DNA of 64,000 nt from Sphaerodactylus townsendi. Taxonomy: Eukaryota. Every line of letters starts with the position of its first letter. The first letter of the stretch is position 1. Location: positions 47,678,001 to 47,742,000 of the forward strand of contig NC_059428.1 of NCBI RefSeq assembly GCF_021028975.2. Direction: 5' to 3'. The translations under genes and the position numbers were made by a program. Below the pieces are notes generated by a model. That model worked only from the letters and a program-made list of their open reading frames with translations. It was not told the DNA's origin and made no database searches. Positions 1-9,697 of this stretch are shown here, piece by piece.

Positions 1-189
1 TCCCAGTGTCCCAACCTGCACCCCCTGCATCACCACTTACCTTATCCTGCAGGTATGATGGTGCGTGCGGGTGGCTGCTGCATGGGACCTACAGGGGAGG
101 GGGCAGAAAACGAGGAGGCCGCCATCCCCCTTCTGCCCCATGGAGCAGCAGGCTGCTGCCTTCTCTGTCCGGTAGAGGTTTGCAGGGCA

Positions 190-1140
190 CCACTGCCACC
201 CCCTCTCTGCCCAAAGGAGCAGCAGGCGGCTGCCTTCTCCATGGGGCAGAGGGGTTTTGTATGCCCGGTGCTGCCGCCGCCACCGCCTTCTCCTCTGTGC
301 CCAATGTAGCAGGCGGCTACCTTCTCCATGGGGCAGTGGGGGTTTGCATGCCTGGTGCTGCCGGCTCCAGGCAGGCCGTCACCCCATCTCTGCCCAATGG
401 AGTAGGCGGCTACCTTCTCTGTGGGGCAGAGGGGGTTTGTATGCCCGGTGCTGCTGGCTTGCGCAGTGCGAGAGGCGTCAGCACCAGGCAGGCCGCCACC
501 ACCCCCTCACTGTCCTACGGAGCAGGTGGCTACCTTCTCCATGGGGCAGAGGGGGTTTGTATGCCTGGTGCTGCTGGCTCGCACAGCACGAGAGCCGGCA
601 GCACCAGGCAGGCCGCCACCCCATCTCTGCCCAATGGAGCAGGCGGCTACCTTCTTCATGGGGCAGAGGGGGTTTGTATGCCCGGTGCTGCCGGCTCGCA
701 CAGCACGAGAGCCGGCAGCACCAGGCAGGCCGCCACCCCATCTCTGCCCAATGGAGCAGGCGGCTACCTTCTCTGTGGGGCAGAGGGGGTTTGTATGCCC
801 GGTGCTGCCGGCTCGCACAGCACGAGAGCCGGCAGCACCAGGCAGGCCGCCACCCCATCTCTGCCCAATGGAGCAGGTGGCTACCTTCTCCATGGGGCAG
901 TGGGGGGTTTGTATGCCCGGTGCTGCTGGCTCGTGCAGTGTGAGAGCCGGCAGCACTAGGCAGGCTGCCGCCGCCATCTCGTCTCTGCCCAATGGAGCAG
1001 GCAGTTGCCTTCTTTGCGGGGCAAAGGGGGCTTTCATGCCTGGAGAGCTGGCAGCACCAGGCAGGCCACCGTCAACTCTCTGCCCAACGGAGCAGGCAGC
1101 TGCCTTCTCCATGGGGCAGAGGGGGTTTTCATGCCTGGTA
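190..1140. repeat. GC-rich tandem array, ~117-bp unit with an internal hairpin, inside a probable non-autonomous hAT element (PROS1 intron 1)
   Basis: The anchor ATGCC(C/T)GGTGCTG recurs at 261, 348, 441, 561, 678, 795 and 913. Full units contain the inverted repeat GGTGCTGCCGGCTC...GAGCCGGCAGCACC. Confidence 0.9.
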
Positions 1141-1221
1141 ATAAATGTTTATCCTGTTCGGCCAGGGACCTAAAGTGTGTTTGAGTTTTGGCCCTCTGTG
1201 CGATTGGGTTTGACACCCCTG
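1140..1221. mobile_element. Right end of a hAT (Charlie-like) non-autonomous DNA transposon
   Basis: GTTTGACACCCCTG at 1208-1221 is the reverse complement of CAGGGGTGTCAAAC, a typical hAT MITE TIR. The left end is probably outside the window. Confidence 0.6.
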
Positions 1222-1716
1222 CCCTAGTCAGACAAAAAGCTCCAGTGGCTGGTGTTACTAATGATTTCCTGTTGGGCACATTGATCATCGCCAGCCATAG
1301 GCTCACCTTTGCACAGGCAAACCTGATTGCTTCGGTCGAAGAGAAGGGGGGAGCATCTGAGTCTCAATCAAAACCGCCTTTGCCCAACAAGCAGAGCTTC
1401 GCCGGACTTTGCGAGGAAAATCATCCTCAGCCGAGAACACCTGACCCGATACGTGACTGCCAAATGCCAGGACGCAAATCCCCTCCAGCGGAATCGGATT
1501 TGCTTCTGAGCAAAACGCCCAGGAACCCGGCTGCGGCATGCAAAGAAATTCTAATTTCTGAATAACGGGTTGACTAGTCGAAGAGTTCGGTCAGCCGGTC
1601 GGAGGACGAGGGAATGACACTCACCGGAATCAACCAGAAACGGGGGAGGGGGAAGGGGGCGTTTAAAACAATAAACTTTTCCCCTCAAACTTGGCGCGCT
1701 GACCGAGTTTACTTAC

Positions 1717-1786
1717 ATGTCCCAGCCTCAGTGGGCGCAACAAAGAGGCAGGCGAGGAAGAGGCACGCCAGGGACTGAAGCCTCAT
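1717..1786 (-). CDS. PROS1: Vitamin K-dependent protein S, first coding exon (signal peptide); rest of gene lies left of the window
   Basis: Minus-strand ATG at 1786 gives MRLQSLACLFLACLFVAPTEAGT plus 1 nt, then a perfect GTAAGT donor (phase 1). It is a hydrophobic signal peptide resembling human PROS1 exon 1 (phase 1), in the known head-to-head position with ARL13B. Confidence 0.8.
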
Positions 1787-1789
1787 CCT

Positions 1790-2160
1790 GCAGGGAAGTC
1801 GAGGCGGGGGGATCCGTAAGGGAGGGGAGCTGCAGAGCTGCCGCTTCCTTGTTTACCCCGAGCCTGAGAGCGAGGCAGCGGGGAAATGTTCTGCCAGGTT
1901 CCAGTCCTCCTGCTGGGGGGTGGGGAGGGAAAGCCGACTGGCTGGGGGATGGGGTCGGGCTGCGGAGCAAAGCAGGACATTTCCAGGAAACGATGCTCTG
2001 GCAGATAAACAGGATGCACAAGAGGGGGGCCTGGGGTCAGCGACCCAGAGGACGCACCAGCTTTCGCCTTCCAACAGCTGGAAAAGGAGAAACCGTTTAT
2101 GAGATTTTCCACGGGCTCTTCTCCCCCTTAATGCAAGGTTTCTGTTTACCAAGCACAGTT
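1790..2160 (-). promoter_or_regulatory. PROS1: Putative PROS1 promoter/5' UTR: GC-rich, with forkhead and STAT3-type sites
   Basis: CpG/GC-rich stretch with TGTTTAC (forkhead) at 1850-1856, TTCCAGGAA (STAT consensus TTCCNGGAA) at 1981-1989, and GC boxes. Confidence 0.5.
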
Positions 2161-3040
2161 CAGGTTTCGACCATTATTCTCAAGGAAGTTACGTTCAAGA
2201 GACAGAGGTTCCCTACTTGTCTCTGAACATTTAAGTTAGGTGCTTTTTCAAATGGATCGAAATTCGACAAGGTGGTTTTTTAAAAATCAAACGTTTAGGT
2301 ACAGGGGACAGCACACGCTTGAAGGGTTTTCTTAAGGCCATCTTGAATAGTTGAGCAAGTTTCCCAGGTCAAGTGCTCCAGAGCCCTTATCCTTTGAGCA
2401 GGCCTGGGTCTATTGATGAATGGAGTGTGCAAAGAAAAGCAATAATAAGAAAGGCTAAGAAGGTCCTTTGGTTGTTAGTATAGAACATTATTATCTATCT
2501 AATAATGGTGGTTAGTATAGAAGCAAAATCTATGTGATAATGCATTCAAATGTATTAGGAGTATAGCTAATACAGAATCCTGCACATTCGAAACAGACGC
2601 TTGCCTGACCGGTATCATTCAGTTCCATATACTAACAGTAACTTACAATAATGTACATATACGCAAACACTGATGTAATAAAATACGAAAGTGCACCCAA
2701 ATGATCTTGAGGATATATGTTATTATGTATCTTTTAAATCCGTTAGATACACTAATGAGACAATGGGGAGAGAAGAAATGGCATTAAGAATAAGGGTTAT
2801 CACCCTGCATCTAGCACAATATTTCTGAGTGTAGTTCAATACAGGTACTAAACTGAAAAGCATCCTGGAGAAAAACTAGAATAACCATTTGGAAAAGCTG
2901 TTTGCCCAGTTCTGAACATACAGCCATCTATCATTGGAACAGCAACATTATAGTTAACTTCCATGTTAATCTACTGTAGCCTAAATTATTAACGATCTTC
3001 TGGCACAAAAGCTTGTATCACAATAGATTTGTTAACCTAT

Positions 3041-3292
3041 AAAGGTCAAGGTAGTCAACCCTGCAAGAACAGAGTCATTATTGACCCATGGGGTGATGTT
3101 ACATCATGAAGTTTATTAGGTGGACTGTGTTTCTGGTATGATTTGCCCATTGCTTTCCGCAGTTGTGCACACTTTACTCTCAGCAAGCTGGGTATTTTTT
3201 TTACTGACCTCAGAAGGATGGAAGGCTGAGTCAATTTTGAGCCAGCTACCTGCAATCAACTTCTGCAGGGATTGAACTCAGGTCATGAGCAG
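3041..3292 (-). mobile_element. Sauria SINE (Squam1), partial
   Basis: Recognisable core CAGCAAGCTGGGTA...GACCTCAGAAGGATGGAAGGCTGAGTCAA...GAGCCAGCTACCTG and a B-box remnant GGGATTGAACTC. Confidence 0.75.
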
Positions 3293-4045
3293 AGATAAGA
3301 TAACTTTAATGTCATTGTGCATTGTGCACGCACAACGAAAATACAAACAAGCATCCCCCATGCACATTTCTGCAATCCTCACACCCCATCTTCCCCAATC
3401 CCCCTTCCAACCATCCCTACACAGCCACAGCCATATCAATGCGACACCATGGAGTTCAGCATAGCCACAGCTTTAGAATAAAAGCTGTCTCTGAGCCTAG
3501 TTGTCCTTGTTTTGATGATCCTATGTTGTCTGTCAGATGGTAATATTTTAAAAAAAGAGTATGAAGGGTGAGATGGATCTTTCAGAATGTTCTGAACTTT
3601 CTTTAAGCAGCGGGAATTATAGAGTTCTTCCAAAGAGGGGAGAGGGCATCCAATAACTCTCTGGGCAGTAGTAATCACCCTATGGAGCGCCTTCCTATCT
3701 GCCACTGTGCAACTGGCAAACCATGCACAGATGCAGTATGTCAGGACACTCTCTATGGCACAGCGGTAAAAGGTCACCAGCAGTTTTTCATTTACTTGTT
3801 GTTTTCTTAAAAGTCTCAGATAATACAATCTCTGCTGGGCCTTCTTAACCACTGCGGCAGTCTGAATGCCCCAGGTCAAATCCTCAATAATCATAACACC
3901 CAGGAACTTAAAACTAGCCACCCGCTCCACTCGATCCCCATTTATAACCAAGGGCTAAATTTCTGACTTGTTCCTTCAGTAGTCTACTATCAGCTCCTTT
4001 GTCTTATTGGTATTAAGGACCAAATTATTGTCCCTGCACCAGAAC
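3293..4045 (-). mobile_element. Rex1/Babar-clade non-LTR retrotransposon, 5'-truncated
   Basis: ORF 3436-3951 (RVERVASFKFLGV...KKAQQRLYYLRLL...FYRCAIESVLTYCI..W...DPSHP...RTTRLRDSFY) is the typical Rex1 RT C-terminus. The 3' end reads AATGACATTAAAG followed by TATCT repeats. Confidence 0.85.
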
Positions 4046-4099
4046 CTCACAAAACAGACTCTCTTAAGCCATTCTTAACTGGCAGCAACTTCCCAGATT

Positions 4100-4460
4100 C
4101 TCAGTATGAGCATCTTTGTAGGACGCCACACGATTGGTGCTTATCGCTCCCTGGAATTCTAATCCCGCCTTTATAAGAACCAATGATGGGCGTGTAGCCA
4201 CCAATCCAAACCTTCCTCTCATCAGTGGCCCTTTGCTTCCCTCCTGCCTCTTCTCTTGCTGGCGCTTTTGTAACCATTGACAACCGACCTGGTTACGCGT
4301 CCCTTCGACGCTCTGTTGTTATTTAACGACCCTTCAGCCTGACCAATCAGCGGCCTCCAGCAGCATCACGTGGGCGGGAATCGGCGCAGGGATTGGCGTC
4401 ACGTGACTGATCGGTAAGGCCCGCCTTCTCTCCCCTGTAGCTTGTGGCCTCTTTAAATCT
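4100..4460 (+). promoter_or_regulatory. ARL13B: ARL13B promoter (CpG-rich; CCAAT cluster, E-box/CLEAR, GC boxes, RFX X-box)
   Basis: CCAAT/ATTGG at 4133, 4180, 4201, 4343 and 4392; X-box-like GTAACC-ATT-GACAAC at 4270-4284; TCACGTG at 4366; GGGCGG at 4372; palindrome GTCACGTGAC at 4398-4407. Confidence 0.75.
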
Positions 4461-4641
4461 TCTGAAGAGGGGGATAAGGCTGGGGCAGGAGGGAAAAACA
4501 TTTGGTATAGCCCCATGTGACTTCGGTTGAAAGTGGGGGAGGCATTGCCGTGGGTGATTCTGGGCTGGCGAGAGTAGTCGGAAGGCTATTGCTGGACACC
4601 GGTATCGCTCAGTCCTGGCTGGCTATGGCACCGAGAGCTGG
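4450..4641 (+). other. ARL13B: Putative non-coding first exon of ARL13B (start approximate)
   Basis: Lies directly after the promoter and ends at donor CTGG|GTAAGG (GT at 4642). A matching acceptor TTTTCTCATTTTTTTCAG ends at 6321, ahead of the ATG exon. Confidence 0.55.
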
Positions 4642-5849
4642 GTAAGGGATGGTTTGTTGTGGGTTTGTGGTACTGCCCCCGTCCTCCTCAATACATGCTT
4701 ATTGTCGGTTGTCAAGGGTGCGTTTGTATGTTAGAGAGCATTGGTATCTCAGCGTAAGGATTCAGGCAACAAACAAGTTAATCCCAGAAGCACAGTTAAA
4801 TCACAGTTTTAGCCTTGATTACTTTTAAGTAAACCCCATTGAGTTCAACGAGATTTACTCCATAGTGAGTCGGCGAGTGATTCTAGGCTGGTGAAAGGGG
4901 ATTCAATGTGGAAAGGACTTATTAGAAAGGGATTGAGATTTTTACCACTTTTTGATGTATGCATAAAGCACCTTTCAAAAGAATAAGGTGACAAAAATCC
5001 ATGGGGAATCTCTTAACTTATTTAGTGGTATTATATGGCACAGGCAGCCATGCAAGAAAACTTAGTAGTTGTTACAGAATTATTTTAAAATTCCACAGGA
5101 ATTAACATTCTGGAAAGAAAAAAACTTGCACCTCTCACTTCTAACTGAATAGCAGTGAACATTTGGATATTAAACAGACCTGCCATTTCTGTCCCATTCA
5201 AGTACCTAAGCAGGCAGTTATGACTTGCTGGTCCTTAGACATGTTGGAATGTGGATTCTCAGATCAGTCAAAGTAGATGCATCTTAGATGCATGCTGTAT
5301 AACCTTCTGACCTAGCACAAATTCTTCCAGAGAAGAAAATGTGATTGTAATTTTTTAATAGACACACTTTTCCTTCTTCCAAGAATCCATCTGTTAATCT
5401 TGCTAAAGTCATCAGGTCATTCAGGTCAAGTCTTAGTGCTATAAATCATAGATTATAACTGGAAGGGACATGCAGATGCATCCAAGTAAGCATTGGTCTT
5501 CCAGATATACTGATGCTGCTTTTGACTGAGGTTAAATTGTGGCTTTTGATTTAAGGTTGTTTATTAGTATATTTCATTTTGTTTCTTCAAGAAAAAAGTT
5601 TGCCTTGAAGGGAAACATGTTTGAGGGGATTGTTATTACCTGGTAGGTGGTGGGAACCTGTTATTGTTAAACTGATTTTTAGCTGCTTTTCTGTTACAGG
5701 TATATTTTTTGTTTTTGCTATGTTGCTTTTAACATTATTGAGATAAACTGCTCTGAGCATGAATGAGCTGTGTAGCTGCGTATTTGAACACGTCTGCTGT
5801 AATACTAAGAATCTTTTCCTGGCTGGAAGCCTCATTAGCTGGAATGGAA

Positions 5850-5990
5850 GGCCCCTTCCGCACATGCAAAATAATGCGTTTTGAAACCACTTTCACAACT
5901 GTTTGCAAGTGGATTTTGCCGTTCCGCACAGCTTCAAAGAGCACTGAAAGCAGTTTGAAAGTGCATTATTCTGCATGTGCGGAATGAGCC
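5850..5990. mobile_element. PIF/Harbinger-type MITE, 141 bp
   Basis: TIRs GGCCCCTTCCGCACATGCAAAATAATGC and GCATTATTCTGCATGTGCGGAATGAGCC; 3-bp TSD GAA on both sides. Confidence 0.85.
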
Positions 5991-6442
5991 GAAGTTATTT
6001 CTGAGTACACCAGCTTGTTAGAATTTGCCTTACTTATATTTGACAAGTTCATAAAAACTGAGGATCTGGTTTGTAATCTTACTTAGAGGTAAAAACATCT
6101 ATATCTTGCCTGTTGGAAGTTATACTGTTCCATTTGCTGTTTTCCATAGCATAAATGTTATTTTTTGAGCCATGACACTTTTCACTGAGGTAGCTTTATA
6201 TTTGTGTGAAAGAAATTAATTGGAAGACAGTTTTTTTGCAGATTTACAGAAGGAACCTTTTTCTGTTGTTTAAGAATGAGTGCAGGCAGTTTTTAACAGT
6301 GACTTTTCTCATTTTTTTCAGCCCCAAGACAGCATCTGAGTTGCTCTTTTATGCGGTGGGCAATCTCTGACTGCATATTCCGGACCGGTCTGCATACTGC
6401 ATCTGTGAATTGTTTGGTGTTTTGAATGGCTGTTGCATAGTG

Positions 6443-6501
6443 ATGTATAGTCTGATGGCCAATTGCTGCAATTGGCTGAAGAGGTGGAGGGAACCTGTTA
6501 G
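6443..6501 (+). CDS. ARL13B: ADP-ribosylation factor-like 13B, coding exon 1 ([20 protein letters not shown]); exon probably starts at 6322
   Basis: 59 nt as in human; Cys8-Cys9 palmitoylation pair; donor AG|GTAAAT. Confidence 0.95.
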
Positions 6502-6880
6502 GTAAATTTAAAATAAGGTTTAGAAGATTCTCATTTACAGTACTTTGAAATAGTAGTTTTCAAGGAAGAGTTGCATAAAGATATTTGTTGATTGTTAGTC
6601 ATCCTATGAATTAAAAGTAACTTGCAACAAGTGATTATTTTGTTGTAAGATATTCTGAATATTAGAGTAAATTTTAAAGTAAAACCACAGTTGCAAATTC
6701 AATACTTAATGGTGATACAAAACAGCAAAGCAGCAACAAAAATGTTGTAGAAAGTTGTAGAAATGTAGAAACAGAAACTATAATGCACAAATTGCAAACC
6801 TGCATAGTTACAACTTTTCAGACACATTTGGGTGAAGAACACTCTCTGTATTTGGAAGGAGAGGAGTATGATGACTTATA

Positions 6881-6971
6881 CTGCTTAGGATATTTTTAGA
6901 GCCATATATATCTCATATATGCTGCTTAGGATATTTTTAGAGCCATATATATCTCATATATGGCTCTAAAA
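6881..6971. repeat. 41-bp tandem duplication ending in a 16-bp-stem hairpin
   Basis: CTGCTTAGGATATTTTTAGAGCCATATATATCTCATATATG at 6881 and 6922; stem arms at 6935-6950 and 6956-6971. Confidence 0.9.
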
Positions 6972-9007
6972 TTTTAGCGAAGTAAAATTTTGTGGACAGA
7001 TATACATATTTGCAACCAGAAGTTCACAAATAACTTCTTTCTTACATATGAATTTAAAATTATTTTCTCAAACCCTGCAACTTCCTAACTCACTCAACTT
7101 CTGGAACTGGAATGACAAAACTTAAATAAAACAGCAAAATGGGGTGGGCAGAGAAATGGTTGACGTTAAGAGAACAGGTTGCCTACTTAAGAAAAAAAAG
7201 GTATGCTACCACTGTTGTAGGTGTCCTGATCAGCTAATAAAAACAAACTTTTGTCCCAACTGCAACCAGATTAGAACTACTGATATCTAAAGGTGAAGAT
7301 CTTAACTTTAAATTAGAGCCAGGGCTTAGCTCCTGTACCAGTTTTACACACAAATCTAAACCCAACAACATGTTAAATACCAAATGGACTTGAAGACTGC
7401 AAGTGCAGAATGTCCTTTCTAATGAGTATAACCAGCAATTAACATGAAAGGCACATTGAAGCACTTCTTTTACGTGTTCTGGTCTGCAATTTGTTAACAC
7501 TACTAGTTAAGAGCATTATAAAAGAAAGCCATGGCCTCTCTTTACTGTGGCTGTTCCTAGTACTTTGGTATATGCTCAAGAGGCAAACACAAAGTGAAAC
7601 ATTGCAGCTTCCTTCTCTGCCATACTACCTCCACAGCTTAATTTAGACCTAGTAGTCTGCCTCAGTACATCTCTTCAGCGCAATAACTTAACCCAAAATT
7701 GGGCTAATTGTTTTTTCTTGTGACCAAGTAACCATAATCAGCCAACACTCCCTAAGAGGCCAGAATGAAACATATCAGAAGTTTTAGTCTTTTTTATTTT
7801 TTAATTACATTTTATTCATATTTCAGTTACTAAAGGTATAGGAAGCAATACATAAGGTCTCCACATCTAATTTTAGAAAGAGATCAATACACAGATGTAA
7901 GAAAAAAGGAGTGTAATATCTGTTTGTCCTCACCTATCTACTACCTATATATTTGTATATATATAAAAAAGAACTCAAACTGCATATTTACTGTTGCTAT
8001 GTTTCTACATCCTTCTATATACCCTTCCCTCCCCACTAAACATAACTGGAAACCCTTATGTTTGCTAATAATTAAAAACATGTACGTTTGTATGTTTTTA
8101 AGAAGTTTTAGTCTTACCTTTCACTCCTTTTGCTAAATAGCCTTTTCATATGCCAGGCATACATGTTATTAGTTTGCAGCAGAAAAAAAATACAATATTC
8201 TAGCATCTTAGGACTTTTTAATTCTAGGATAAATACTTGTGAGCCAGAACCAGAAAGTTATGCTAGAATAAAAATTTCTTAGTCTAAAGATTCCACAAGA
8301 GGCCTGTTTTCAAGGGAAGGTAGTTGCCTTATGGATGATTATACTTCCCTTCAGACAGATTGACTTGGTCTCTGGGTAAGTGGAAGACAATTTTTAATAT
8401 AACACCATTTTCACTTTATCTAATAACTTACAAGACAGTAATGGCAGAGGGCCTACAGAAAGGTGGTACAGGGAAAGGAACAGATCCAATTGGACTTTTG
8501 CAATAGGATGGGAAAGATGGTAAAAAGTGCCATTTAGAAAAACAAAGCAGAGGTATCTGTATGGGGAAATTTTACTTTCCCTGTACTGAGTTTATGCAGT
8601 GTAGTTTGTTTGGGAATGACTTGTAAGTCAGAGGCATTGTTAGTTAGGCAGTTGTGTGCATGCCTGTCAAAGTCTTTAGAACATAATTTTCCAATTATTT
8701 TACTGATACATTGGAGATGGGATGTACATAGTGTGCTGATTCATCCTTCTATGTTATAAATTGCCCTAGTTCTGTATATAAATATATATTCTAACAAAAT
8801 CATTAGGTATTTAGTTACTTCTTATGTATTACAGGAAATGTAGAATGTTTTAGAAGTAAAATTAGTTTTGACACCTAACTTTTGAGCAATAAGTATGGGG
8901 ACATAGGTATTGGGTATGTCAATTCCCAGCTTGTTTTAAGTGTTTTTAAAATACAGTGACATTCAGGTCAGTCTGAAAATACTGTTTTTGTTTTATATAT
9001 TTCAAAG

Positions 9008-9078
9008 GCAGATAACGTTAATCATGGTGGGTCTTGATAATGCTGGGAAAACTGCAACTGTGAAAGGAATCCAAGGAG
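9008..9078 (+). CDS. ARL13B: ARL13B coding exon 2 (QITLIMVGLDNAGKTATVKGIQG; P-loop G1)
   Basis: 71 nt, AG/GT flanks, phases compatible with neighbours; GLDNAGKT motif. Confidence 0.97.
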
Positions 9079-9697
9079 GTAAGTTGCATCTTTATTCCAG
9101 ACTATCTCATGAAGTATTAATAAAAGCTTCTTTTAGGTCCCAGAAAGTATTACTTTTCCAGAAGAATGCAGAGAGCCTGTATGGTAAATTGAAATTGGAC
9201 TTTTTGAGTAGGGAGATCCAAGTTCAAACTCCACTTAATCATGAAGTTTCAAAGTAGCAACTTCCCAGTGTCATTTCAGATTGGGAAGATGGCCCAGAGG
9301 AGGAGAACTGAGCCCACTTTCCTTGCTTGTTCCCTTGCACCTAGGAAACAGAATTCCCTGGCCGTGTCTGATAAAAATCCATTGTGAAATTAGGCCCTTA
9401 TTGGATGTCCTTGGACCCTTTATATGCTCCTTTGTCCAAATCATCTCACAGTGTTGTGAGGAATGAGTGGAGGAGAAGAGAACTAGGAATGTCATCCTGA
9501 AACCTAGAAGTGAGGATGGGACAAATATGTAATGGATGCAAGTAAAACCTTTCTCTTTTTCAGAAAGGTTGGAGCTGTCTCCTTGCTTAATACAGTTTTT
9601 TCTCTGACATGGCACAGAGTGGTAAATCCTTTTCTGGGCTCTGGGTTCATTCATATACATGCAGAGAGCCTTTGAATCAAGACTGTTCGTTGGGAAG

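Noticed and set aside
6-1173. Long overlapping ORFs (317, 250, 228 and 201 aa) as a novel repeat protein, or the array as CRISPR-like
   Set aside because: Open in several frames on both strands because the GC-rich unit lacks stops. It lies in PROS1 intron 1 next to a transposon TIR, and has no unique spacers or cas genes; the context is eukaryotic.
1717-2226. 169-aa plus-strand ORF
   Set aside because: Antisense to the PROS1 first exon and GC-rich promoter; no recognisable domain.
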